DNA of 63,550 nt, the filler included, from Sphacelaria rigidula (lineage: Eukaryota), in the NCBI GenBank assembly GCA_964200075.2. It is 5 parts of 5 records of this genome, joined end to end, with 100 filler letters (N's around TTAATTAATTAA, not from the genome) between each part and the next. Parts side by side here need not be neighbours in the genome. Positions count along the whole stretch, not along the records: positions 50,923 to 63,550 come from CAXNAA020003555.1; 4 more parts are not named here. One strand, written 5' to 3'. Under the pieces are notes generated by a model. That model saw only the letters and a list, made by a program, of their open reading frames with translations, was not told the origin of the DNA and did no database searches. The translations under genes were made by a program, and so were the position numbers. This document shows positions 51,080-63,550 of this stretch, piece after piece (positions within the stretch are counted from its first letter, which is position 1; each line of letters opens with the position of its first letter).

Positions 51080-54000
51080 TCAGTAGAGAATCCATTGCGA
51101 GGTAAAAAATCACAGCGTCATCCTCCAGCGTAGCTTCGAAGCCCACGGTCCCCAAGTGCAGGCATTTGATCCAGACGGTTTTAAAGCGCCGCTCCACGTC
51201 CAAAACGTCCCGCAACGGAACCTTGTGTTAGTGCAAGTTTGCAGAAAAAGGAGAAAGTTTTGTAAAAGCGCACTGCTTCAGGCACTAATCCATCAACAAT
51301 CAACACGTGCACGGTACAAGAAGCAAGAGTCCAGAAATAGCCCTGTTTGCGACGGGTGCACAACTCCAACTAGAGTTCATCATGTTATTCCGCTTAGGGT
51401 AAGAGTTCGCTTCGTTTTCTGGATCGCTTCATGGGTTCTTCACGGTATACCGCCCCTTCGGAAACGAACAACGCCCTCAGTCTCCTTGTCTATGGCGGAA
51501 CTGTGAGGGAAAAAAATATCTGAAAATTTTCTCATGATTCACACCTTTACCACCAGAAAGCACTCTTACATCGACACGTGGTGTTAGGCTCAAAGGGATC
51601 ATGTCACGCAGTGCCGTGTATGATACTCCGTGCCTGACTCACAGCCGGATACGGTGGTCGTGACCCGTGGAGAGACAAGTAAACTGTCATATAAACTCTC
51701 ATCCCCGTGAATATATCATGACATACTGCATGCACATTAACCGCAATGCACACTTTTCGGCAGAACGGTGCCATAGCAGACCGTATCAGCTCGTGATTTA
51801 TCCACGACCTGAGATCATTATTGGGAAAAGCAGAGGATGATCAACAAGCATAACCTTGGAACAATCGGTATTGACGATAATTCACCTCACCACCCTTGTG
51901 CGATGAAAGGTGGTCATTTTCCGGCGAGTATACGCCTGCTAATGCTGACGTTCTTGACTTGACTCCGATTTACCAGTACCGCCGCAGCAAAACTCGCCAC
52001 AGCCAAAGCCGATGAAAGCCAGACAAGGGGTTAGACGCTACATGCGGCAATGAGATGAGCTTCGACCTCACCTCGCCCCCGCTGGAATCCCACCACTTGC
52101 TGCTCTTCCATCGAAGGCCTGGCAAAGCGGGGTCGTACTTCACCACGCGGTGAGCCCACCCTCTACCCCGCCTGTGGTGCTTTCGCACGCGCAGTCCGTG
52201 ATCCTAACATTAGGAGGAACGTAAGACGACGGGGTGTAATGTATATGTGGTACCGCGACTCTGAGGTCATCCTACAACTTCCACTTGCATCTTCTGTCGG
52301 GTGTACTGTGGGGATCAAAGTCGCCACAAATATTTCGTAACAACGAAACTGCTGGATTTGCTTTCGTGTTCGAAGCTATCTTGCTTCTCACCACTTACAG
52401 CGGGACATTCCACCACGTTGAGCAAAAAGGTGGCCATCGAACAGCTACTCATAGTTTCTCCTATCGGACGCTGCTCAAGTCAACCCGACTGGATATACGC
52501 AAAATTGGCGACGGACGACAACCGAGAGCGAACCCTACTCAACGAGGGTGGCCAACCTTGCGTAACAAACCACCACGACGGTTTCCCGCCAAGGTAATGA
52601 CGCCTGGCAAAATATTTGAAGAGCCCTCTCCCCACGTGTCCCGTTGTCATGAAGAACGGTATAGAAATGTCTGACAAGGACTGCACCTGCATCACCGCCT
52701 GGAAACGCCTCCATGCCTTCATCCTCTTCTTCAACCTTCTGTCCAGCGACTCCCTGGTCATTCTCGCACTGTTGCGCATCCCGCCCAACATTGACCCGAA
52801 ACTTTCGGCAGACAGTCCACCAAGCGGATCGTCCATGTCCAGATCTTCACCTTCAACCTGTCCACATCGAGGTTGAGGACAGAGAGCGAAGCCGGACGAT
52901 CGCGGCTGAGGTCAAAGAGCACATATCCCGTCCCCACGACAACCAGTGACTAAACCTCAGGACGAATCACACGATCGTGCCCAGATGGGGTTCGGAATAA
53001 AGGGATATTGCAGACCTCTCCCTCTTACGCCCACTACCAACTCCTACTTGCGACAACGAATGGATGATGTACAAATTCAAAACTCACGCAACACTGCAGA
53101 ACCGCCGTACTGGCGAGTACAAGCTTCGAGAGATGCCACATTACAATATGCTGTAGAAGCGCTCGACATCGATCAAAGCTCAGTAAGAATCGAAGAACAG
53201 AAGTGAAAAATTCCGACCTCGACAGCAACACTTGTTACGAAACGTACACCTCTTCGGGCGGGTGAGGCATGGCCATTGCTTTTACAACACCGGGTCGAAG
53301 GACGTATCTTAAAAAGGATTCCAAAAATACCACACGTCGGACAGCTAGCTCATGAGCTGCCTGAATATCACTTGTTATTAGAGTACTGATCCTGATCATG
53401 AGCCATCTCATTTGGTCACTATTTCCGTAATTTTTCCACACGGCGATGGACTCCGAGCACTCCGTGTAGCGAGAAGGTAAGGAAGAAGGTAAGGCCTTGA
53501 CTTTTCGGACACTACTGTCACGTGTTACATGTTCTTGTAAAATGGAGTTCTCTTCGCTTAGTTGTTTCAGGTAGATCATGACCTGTCCGACGTGTGAAAA
53601 ATACTAACCCGAAAAACATGGGACCGTGTCTTCCGGTTTGTATTTGGGAGGGAGCGGGGCGTATTCCCATTGTTGGGACATTTGACGCAGTTTTTCTACC
53701 CTCAAACGGGAGTCACACGTCCTTGTCGCTTTGCATCAGCCCACGGGAAGGAGTGTTGCCGATTTTTCCGATTCACGTCGTCCCGACGTTTCGAGAATCC
53801 CCTTGAAACAAAAATATGGCCGGGAAAATCAATAAGGTGTCGCCTCTCTGTGGGGTGATACAAAGTGTTGACGTCTGATAGCGATCTTCTTTGTTGGGAC
53901 TCAAAAGCCGAGTCGAATGTCCTAAAAGTGGAGGAAAGGCTCACCCAAAAGGCAAGCTATAGAGGAACGGGACGGCCCAAGACATAAGAACACAACGTGG

Positions 54001-54776
54001 CGTTAACTTTAGTGTGGCGACAGGTGCACACAGGTGCAACGGAGAACGGCAGGGGCAGCCACAGCCAGTGTCACAAGCATTTCCATTCGATCACTTTCAA
54101 GTCGAAGCAGCTCACACAAGAACTCGACACCTACCGCACCTCAATATCAGAGAAGCTAAGACAGGGGGGCTTTATCACGCTGCTTCCGTTCAATATAGCC
54201 TGCCCACCCCCAGGCGCTCCGACTGCCGTAGCGGTGGAGGGAGGCGCGGTGTTGTACATCGTACCCCACGAAGACGTCGCCTTGAGGGTGGCGTCTGGGG
54301 GCGATGCCTGGAACCAAGAGCGCGCTTGCTTGTGAGTCTTTGCTGGAGCGTCATTCGCCGTCTCCTCGTTGCCCATCCACGAGATGGCATGTTTGTGGCT
54401 GGCGTTTGCTTCGAATCTGGTCGCGATGTTGCCCCCGTTAAGGTTGCTCACGTCAATCATGCTGGTGCTAGTGCCGAGTACGGACGCTTCCTTCGTTCCC
54501 GGCTTCGGAGACAACGATCTTTTCGCGATGAAACGACGGACGGGCGACAGGGACCGATGCTTCTCACGCGGTGATTCGTCGGGCGATGACGACAGCCCTC
54601 GCGTTTCGCCGGAGAGTGGTCGTTCCTGCATATCTTTTTCGTCCGTTATTGCCGGTTTCTCGAAAATATAGGCGTGGTTACGTTCTCCTGGTTCCGATCT
54701 TGAACGTTGTGGCTCCGCCATCTTCGGGCTGTAGTAGTCGGCTTCGTGCGTTGGCCCATCGAGCGGACTGTACGAG
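51080..54776 (-). CDS. Multi-exon gene fragment: low-complexity region, short coiled coil, C-terminal PH-like domain; both ends incomplete
   Basis: Phase-compatible GT-AG exons 54776-54140, 53582-53250 (may hide an in-frame intron), 52857-52687, 52203-52072 and 51221-51080. They give ..WRRFQAVMQDHGLRVRKHHRRGRGWAHRVVKYDPALPGLRWKSSKWWDSSGGEVPLRDVLDVERRFKTVWIKCLHLGTVGFEATLEDDAVIFYLAMDSLL, which fits the PH pattern. ORF 55443-55763 may be an upstream exon. Confidence 0.75.
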
Positions 54777-57700
54777 CTATTGGGAAAGAAGGGGGAGACA
54801 GGATAACATGGACCGGCGATAAACAACGAGGGCGTGTGAAAAATTCGTGGAATAAGTAGGATAAGGCCTTCAGTGATCGCGTCACCATTCGTGTCATCGC
54901 GAATTGAAGCCCTGCGATTGTGCCATACGGTCGAGTGCTTGCGCTCTCCTCAATACGAAATTGCACTCTTCTCTATTCGAGCAAGACAAAGTATGTGTAA
55001 ACAACGCCCCTGCTGTGTAAACCATCAGCGCGTTGTGAAAAAATGGGCAAATTGGGCGATAAGGTCTTAGAAAAAAGGTGCGGGAGTTTCGGTACACTGG
55101 TGAGAATAGATACAACTTCAACAACACCCACTGCACGCTAGAAAGACCACAAGGGTATCAAAATGTCCTCACGTGCTGTTGACTGCCCGGCAAACGATAC
55201 GAGAACCTCATTCGATATGTTTTTGCATTATTTTGGAGTACAACATGGAAAATAGCTCAACATATTCAAGGTTTTTCTAAAACCTAACCTCGTCTCAAGA
55301 TTTCACACATCTTCATCGCGGGATTGGATGGACAAGCGGGAGAGGGTGGAGAAAAAAAAGTCTCGTTCGGTGTTTACGTTCCCTTACAACACTGCAGATT
55401 GCAGTTGCTTACTAATATCTTTACTGAAATAGGATCACATGATCACGTATCACCTTTCTGCACACCCCGGCAACAAATTACATTGTCAAGAAGTGTAATG
55501 CCCACAGTATCGACTATCGCGCCTAGGGCGATAGACGTTAGATCCCATACTGTACGCAGTACACTTTTTGAGTGTAATCCAACGTCATTATCCAGGGTGT
55601 GCCTGTGCTTCGAAGTATGGGAAAGTGCTGCAGCAGGTCGACCAAAAGTTGCACGGGGCGTTACGGTCGGAACCAGTGCTCCAGCAGATGCTTCTCTCAT
55701 AGGAAGCACGGAGCGATCATAGAGAGAACGACTTAGGCCCAGCCTCGTCTGTGGAAATGCCATTTTCCCTCAAAGTCTGGCGCGCGCGGGGGGGGAGGTT
55801 TCTGAGATATAAATTACAAACGGTTTTGCCCATTTTCATATTTTCGAGGCCAAACTCGGTACCCCAGAACTTCCTGTACGTGACCAATCGCCATGGGGGC
55901 TTTTTGGTTAGATCCCTTTGGATCGGCTAATGTGGAATACGACAAAGGAGACAACGCCTTTGTTTTCGACGGTGCGATCAGCGTGAACACGTAGACTGTT
56001 CCTGAAATACACGGCGTACAATGCAAGGTAGCTGCGCCGGACGGACGCACCTCCCGAATAGCGCAAAGGTGATCACGGTAGTCGAGAAGCAATGCAGGGC
56101 GTCAACCACCGGAGGTTTCAAAAATAGGGCGAGGAGCATGACGACAGAGTAAAGTAACCGCCCTACCGCCGCTTCCCTAGCGAGATCACCTTCACCCGTA
56201 GAGTCAACTGTCATTCTTCATTCGCGGGGGGGAGGGGGGAGGGGGGAGGGGGGGCGTTTCCCGAGGCGCACTCTAATTCTGAAGACATTGCCCCCTACCA
56301 GGAGCAATGCGGCAAGGGTCTGCCCTTGTTGTACGTTCTTTTTTTTGGGATCTTGTTTCATCGTGTTTGTTGTTCCCCTTTCCCCCCAGCCTTCCAGCTA
56401 GGTAGCTTTTCCTGGCGAAGGTTCTGCGAGTTCACCTGGGGCACCTCTACTTTGTATCCACGGTTCATGGAGAATGACGTGATACGCGACAGTCAATCAG
56501 TCGACCAATCGACGAGTCATGAAAAGCTCGCCATAATATTGAGTTACCCAGGGGTAGCCTGAGATGCTTAATGGAGATACGTCGCGTAGAGATGGGATGA
56601 CAAAGCCAAAAATCTGTTTTTTTTTCTGCACCAAAACAGTCGATCAAACCTGGGGCTGTGTTGCTGCAAACTCCCGAAAACCCATCAGCCCGTGAGTCAT
56701 TTAATATGCAGAACATTCTTCTCATCCGGAATGTAAAGCGAATACTGACTCCCAAAATTTTGGGATCAAATGTTCACTGGAAAAAGCGGCGGCACGCGAA
56801 AAAACTGGAAAGAAACCACCAACTACGGACATACTCGGAAGTCACTCAACACCTGTACACGTGTTTCCTAGTGTAATGAGTGATGCCACGATAGCACCAC
56901 CCCCACGACTGTCACGAAGAAATGGTCTTACGGCGCATGATGGCTGGTTTCAGACTACGTGAGGCGCCTCATATGTATGATATTGGCGAAGGCGATCCCA
57001 AGCGTGGGAGTGTCCAGCTGCTCGGTGCGCTGAGCTTTTTTTTTTTTGGTTCACATGTAGATTCCGCCTCCCCTGATCAGCCACATTTGTTGGGGGGCTC
57101 ATCGCGGCATCAGTCAATCCTCATACCGCCAGGCCTTCAATCTCCTCAATCTTGCGGCAGTACACCACTAATAGTACTACTGGTCAACTACGCGCGGGGG
57201 TGAGGGAGGGGGCGTACTCATTTGTTACTTGCACTACGAGTAGTCGTTCGACCATTGACCACGCATCCTTTTGGGGAGGGGGGTGAAGGGGAGAACGCAC
57301 GAACACGTATCAAAATAGCAGTCGAGCCAAGATCAAACGGTTTTCGTATTTATTCTCTAGTCAGACATGAAAATGTCGAAGTGACCTTTCCATCAGCTCC
57401 TCCAAGTCAAGCTGTGACCCCAAGTAGTGTTCAAGGCCATGACCCCAAAATACTCGTAAAACTGTTTTTGTTGTTGCAGATTTCAGTACAAGAGTCACGT
57501 ATTACTGCTGTCTGTACCCGGATGTGAACTCCAGTCGAAAAAACAATCTGACACACGATTTTCTCTCACATGTGGCCAGTGCTCAAACATTACGTAGACA
57601 TTCTAGGCTCATGCGGGTCACTGCTTAGACGTTACGCATGCAGTTCACGGTCGCGTGTCGTGAGACCAATCTACAGTGGACGCATGTGAGATATAGGACC

Positions 57701-60700
57701 CTTTACTTCCAGATTTCCAGCGTGTTTCACCTCAGTTCCCATTGCATGACTGTTGAGGTCGAAAATTACGGCGTAATTTGCGGTCAGACAGTGCGTTTGG
57801 AACCACAGTACGATATGGTGCAGGCTTTTGAACGTGAACTCTTGAACGTTGGATTCGCGCGACTCTCCACTTACTCGTGCTGTCAAATGCCTCGAGACTA
57901 CCCTTTCTTGTACCACTCGAAATGTTCGATGGCAACCGACTATGTGAAGAAAGCTCACAACGAGCCAGCTTGGGACCCGCGACATACACTGTACCTTATG
58001 GTCTGACGTCGCCATGGTAGGCGGATGGGAAGTGTTTTGCCGTGGGGACGAAATTACTAGCACCTGAGGCTATTTTGTTCCGAAAGGAGGTCTGATCCTC
58101 GACGAGTGAAAATTCAAATTGCAGATTGCAGGTTTTCAAATTCTCAAACCTCGGGTGACCGACTCATGATGTGTACACTTGTACGGTCTTCAAAATCCCG
58201 TCAATCCTTGTCCGTGTATTCATGACACCCGTCTTTGTACGTCACGTTCGAACAGCCACAAGTTCCGTGTCGAACTAGTACTATTACTCTTCTTTGGTAT
58301 ACCTTTGGCAGATTTCGAGAGAACCCCAACCAATTTTCGTCTCATGGCGTCAAGTTCGAATTAAAGGGGGACGAGTTTCGAGTCGAAACAGTGATTGCTC
58401 TTCGGGCGTCGGCAACAGATTCGAGAATGATCAGGCAAGACCTCACTCAACCCTTCGACTGACCATGTACGTCATCCGTTGGACCGGCATCACTTTCACT
58501 CGACAAAACTTGTGCATGGTCCAGATGAACTATCCTAGTGGCCCGAAGTAACACCCATCATCTTACCAAACCGTCCCGCAAACGTCAACAGCAGGACGTG
58601 CGGGATATGCCACTACTGGGAGATGATCAAATGTGCCCGGGTGATCGATCAGGGTGCGCCTGGAACAAAAACTGTCGTTCCTGTTCGGCTGCTGTGGTAT
58701 GCTTGGCCTCTGACACGCCGTTCAGTATTCTTCGTCGGAACCAGCATGCGATCTTGGATTGCGGCACGTGATCCTTCCTACTAACCTACACCGCTTTTCA
58801 AAATTGCATGACAAAAGCGAACATGGATACAAGTCCGGTCCACCAGCGCCACGCGAGATTATGAGAATAATCGTTTCGAAACAGCGAAGTATATTTGAAA
58901 AAGTGGCACCTCATATTTTCAACAGGCACCTTCATGTAAATCTCGTTACCAGTGCGGTGCTATGCTCTCCACTTCTGTCGGAACAGTACGGCAGTGCCGT
59001 CGTGCAACGATTCGTCTCTCTGCGGGCGGCGGCTTCGAGCAGCTTCGCCAGAATGAAAAGCCCTCATCCTTGTTGTCATGCGCTCTCGGTGTCACTTTTC
59101 TCTTTCCCTCTTTTTGTCCGTCTGTATTATAATAATGCCGATATTTCAGCAACGCCCCTCAGAATTAATACATGTTTTAGATAAAAGTCACGGGGACAAC
59201 CCGAAAGTGCGCGAAGTTCATGGGCAGCATCGACGGCGTCACCCTGATTTTAGCGGCTCGCTGTCAGTACAACTTCGGGGGTGGGTGCATGACATACAGG
59301 CACCACACGACCCTGTTCAATGGTTATCACGGTCAAAAAGTCGCTAAAACTAAACCTCCAGCTGCGCATTTGAAAAATACCTACATGAACGACCTACGGT
59401 CCTCGGCTGTGTCGCGTTCCGTTTGAAGTCCATCAAAAGTTCTCAAGTCTCTGGTCGAGAGCACGAAAGGGAAGGGAAGCTATGCAGGATTGGTACCCGA
59501 TTCGAGCCGTCCATACGATGCTCATCGAGGAGTGATTTGGCGCCAAAACATTCCTCGATCCAAAAATGCCGCTCATCGTGGGCCGAAACCCGCACAAATT
59601 CAATCGGGTGCCGAACGGTACTGTACAGAAGGGCGGAAGTCTACCAACCATGTGCCCTTTTGGAACTCTCGCTGCGCACATCCACCCGTGTACTCAGAAT
59701 ATTAGTAGCAGATGGACCTATCCGCCACGTCAAGTATTGACGTGTCAAGAAAAGATACTTCACATGGGTCGCCCTACTTTTTCGCATGGTCTTGTGTAGT
59801 GAATCAGTAGGTCGGCACTTTTGCGGTTCAATTATTTCACCGGAGGGAATATCCTGTTTATGGGTCAGATAATACTCGCCGTGCTGTGTACATAGGAGAG
59901 CACAAACATATCTAGAGAGACGCAAACCTGTGATGTGTACATCCGGACACACGTAGATAGACGGTGCTAACGGTAGAGTCCGTAGCGGTACAGGCACGGC
60001 TGATCGGTGGAAGTACCCAGTACAATGCTGGTCATGTGACAATCGAGCCATGTGATATTCTTCCACTTTCGTGCATCACACACAAACAGACGCGAAGAGC
60101 AGTCTCTTCGAGTAACACTAATGAGCCATGTCTATTGTCCCCCTTGCTGTGTATAGATAACCCTGTACGTGTGGTACGTTTTGTACTCGGCACTCGTGGT
60201 GCTGCCGGCTGTCAAGCAGCGACGATGCCATGTATACCGAATGATGAAGCAATACGGGCAACGAGATGAGCCGCGACAGAGCTTCACCAGGGGAGCCAGC
60301 GCTCCTGACTGTTCACCCTCCCGTGAGAATTCATGGTTGCCTTTAGATTTATTTTACATGCAGACGACCTAGGTTAGGGGTTGCGTCGGTCGAAACACGC
60401 TTGACTCGAGGAGTGACGTGTGAAACTGGAGGATGTTTGATGGCTACCTTACACCACGTGGGTGCCGGACCGAACATGGGTTCAAGGCACTGCAGAAACC
60501 GTAAGGCTGGTATACTGGAGTGATGTTTGTTGGTCACAGGGAGCAGGAAAAACCTACGACTTTCAACCGTGGAAATCAAGAACCGTATAGTCAGACATCC
60601 TTGTGCGGGAGGGAACGTACACCTACAATGACTGAATCGCAGTCTTCACCGTCTGGAAGGAAGGGCAGTGGATGCGGGCTCACTGAAAAGAGTAACACAC

Positions 60701-63331
60701 GGGACTGAACCTCTGTACAGGCATTGTGATTGCGCCTGCCCTGAATCAAGGAGAGACCGGTGTATGGATGAAGTATCGACATTTTTTTTTTTTCACAGGT
60801 AAAGGTTGGTGGGTTTGACACAATGGGGTGTTGTACAAACAGGCTCGAGATTCCGAAGTGGAGCAATCTTTGCACAGGGTTGGAGGCGTACCACGACGGT
60901 ACTGTATCCAGTGCTGAGAGAGAAAATACGACCGGGAGAGAGAAATCACAATACAAAATCGTGATGTATACTCCAGGATTGAAGGCCGATCAAAATTGTA
61001 CTAGTGGTAATTATTCTGGTACCCCAACTCAGACGTTGGAAAACTACGGACAAGTTTTTACTGTACACCGTAGGGTTTCCGCTTATCGCCCAAGCCGCCT
61101 TGGCCTTGCCTGGCATGCTGTTCTAATCGACGCACCGAGTGTAGCATCAGCATATATATGCATACCAACTCGAGTCAGTGCTGCCCAGTGCAGTCAGAGA
61201 AATGTATAAAAGGACGGCTGTGTGTGTGTCCCGGTGCCTCTCAGCTAGCATTTTGTTCGTGTGCACCACCGGCGAAAAAATTTCGACGTGCCGAGTAAGG
61301 TTTTTTCTTGCTCCCTCGCTATCGTATTTCATCGCACCGCAGCACATATTCGAAAGACCAATCGCCAACGCAATGCATGACTCTCACTCGATCCGTTTGA
61401 CCAGTATAAGACACACAAGACCGTTCAAGTCAATGAGGTGCCAAGCGAATCATTTTGATACGTGGGTCTTGAAGTACAGCAGACCTATACGTATCATCAA
61501 CTTGCCCTGCACTTGACAGGTGGCACAAAATTGAATACAACCAGGTCAAGTTTGTGGTCTCTCATTTTTGTTCCCGGAGGAAAACAAGCTGGAAAGTCGA
61601 AGATTGTTAATATTCCGGACGGGAGAACATCGAATGAGCAACACCACTGCTTCCTAGATTACACCACTCATACACCAGCAAGTCCAAACCTCTGATGAAG
61701 TCTCACCTTGCCTCTCTCACATACAAGTCCCATGCTCCCACAGAGTGCTGTCCTTCGCTGGCAGGTTGTTGCAGATCACGTACAACATCAAGATCTCCAT
61801 CATTCGAATTAAACAGTCCGGGCCACATCCCCGAAATCAAGCGTCCATGCACTGACTGAAGATCGTCAGACAGCACACAGAGACAGACACCTTACGCCCT
61901 CACTCCCACGGAGTAGCTGACTCTGTCACCGGCACTGACTCTGGAGGGTAGCGATTCCAGAGAAGGGTAGGCGGGATATCTTCGCTGTTCGAATTCCCAC
62001 AGCTGATATGATCACTGACCTTTCTCTCACGAAGAGTGGCGCGCGCTTGCTTGGGCTTGCTCAGGAGAGGGCAAGTTGCACCGTGAGGCACCGAGGCAGA
62101 TACTGTAGCCTGAATTAAAAAAATCGATTTCGCGCTGGGTGTTGCTACGCGTATAACATTCAGCCATTTGAAAGTTTCACTGAAGAAAATGACCTAAATA
62201 TGCGTAGCATGGGCTGTTCAGATAGCTTTTGTCGTAGTGCGTTGACGGGGTAGAGAGCTGCGAGCGGGGAACGGCATGGCATTTTCTAATCTCACCATTG
62301 TGCTAGCATCTTGGTCGTGTATCGAATGGTGCTTCGCATTTGGACTGGTGGTCAACACACCCGTGAAGCAGTGTCCTAAAGGTACGACCGAGAATTCAGA
62401 GGGTACAAATTGACCCCTGTACGATTATACTCAGTAGTAGCTTAGCAGCAGCACAGCAGTACACAACAGTCCTCCTGTTGGACCTCGACTCATGTGTCAT
62501 GTGCCGTGTGTAAGGTACGCCTTGTTGACCAACGCACGCTTCACCACCACTGCCGTATGATTCTATATGATTTCATCTATATGATGACGTTACCGTCATT
62601 GAGGCTATTGCTTTGACGCAAGAGGAACTGCACATGAACGACGCCCTACCTATCTATGAGCGATCACTTGCGAGGGTTGATCCAAAACCGGTTGTGACTA
62701 TAGTACCGAACTCGTACGAGTATCACACATGATGTATCGAGCAAACAGACACAAAACGAGGGCATCTAGGGAGTGAATCCTAGTTCATTTCTAGTGTTGG
62801 CATGTTGAAAGTTTGGACGCCCGAAGATCTACAACTAAGCTTGAAGCTCTGTTTCAAGTGGAAATGGTGACGGGTTCAACACATCAAGGGGCAAATAAGG
62901 CGTGTTCTTATCGAAGGGGATTTTCCCCTTTCTAAAAACACCTTTCCAAAAAAACGGCCGCTGATTGGTCGCTGCGATATCCCCCCCCCCCCCCCGCCTT
63001 CCTCCCAAATTAACGAAGTGTCCCACAATTCACTTTGAAGAGGAGATTCGTATATATTCTTAACAGGATCTTCGACGCTCCGTTGACAGGGGCACATGCA
63101 AAGGTTTGCCATACAAGCCAACACAATCAGAGGTGAACCTGAGAAACTTGGTACATCCGCATACCAAAACCACAGCTCGAGCCGTAGCTGCTCATCAGCT
63201 AAGGCCGCTCCTTATAGACTGAAAAAAAATCTGTCTGAGAACTGCCCTTTTGAACCTTTCATCACGGATTATTGGCGGAATACGGGCCTTGGCGGACTTG
63301 GCCTCGTCGGAAAGATTTGCTCCATTTTTTA

Positions 63332-63550
63332 CGAGGATTCCAGCACGCTTGTCTGATATTTCGTACTCCCAGTTTTACTCTTGGCCGAATTCTGGATTTT
63401 TTCAGTCACCTGAAAACACTTCGAGTTGTAGGCAAAAAGTACGTATTTTTCCCGACATCTGGACGATTTTCGCGGCGACTGAAAAATCCAGAATCCGGCC
63501 AAGAGTAAAACTGGGAGTACGAAAGATTGGACAAGCGCCCTGGAATCCTC
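63332..63550. mobile_element. Mariner-like foldback MITE with long TIRs, right end at the window edge
   Basis: TA|CGAGGATTCCAG..TTTCGTACTCCCAGTTTTACTCTTGGCCG is inverted to CGGCCAAGAGTAAAACTGGGAGTACGAAA..CTGGAATCCTC. Confidence 0.85.

Noticed and set aside
60600..62110. Short minus-strand splice-bounded segments, possibly upstream exons of the PH gene or another gene
   Set aside because: No recognisable homology and several alternative frames; the support is too weak.

Overview
Eukaryotic, intron-rich and transposon-dense DNA of roughly 50% GC. The exon/intron style and repeat families suggest a brown alga or other stramenopile, but this is an inference. The window is not one locus. It is five size-sorted contigs (12632, 12632, 12630, 12628, 12628 bp) joined by artificial 100-bp N44-TTAATTAATTAA-N44 spacers. 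Contig 1 holds a spliced minus-strand cyclophilin with a rewired active site, and its introns are filled with MITEs and (CAAT)n-tailed LINE 3' ends. Contig 2 holds a tRNA-derived SINE and a decayed Ty1/copia 5' half interrupted by a MITE. Contig 3 holds a copia 3' end plus a nearly full-length decayed minus-strand copia with apparently non-TG..CA LTR ends, split by four nested TIR elements, one carrying a ~205-bp satellite. Contig 4 is one large minus-strand gene combining an HPS5/TECPR2-like beta-propeller, an IQ motif and a PDZ domain, with a GC-AG intron inside the PDZ. Contig 5 holds a minus-strand gene with a PH-like domain. A ~45-bp poly-G-headed micro-element recurs four times, once with a clear target-site duplication. 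No CRISPR array, rRNA or bona fide tRNA gene was found. All calls come from manual reading; no searches were run.
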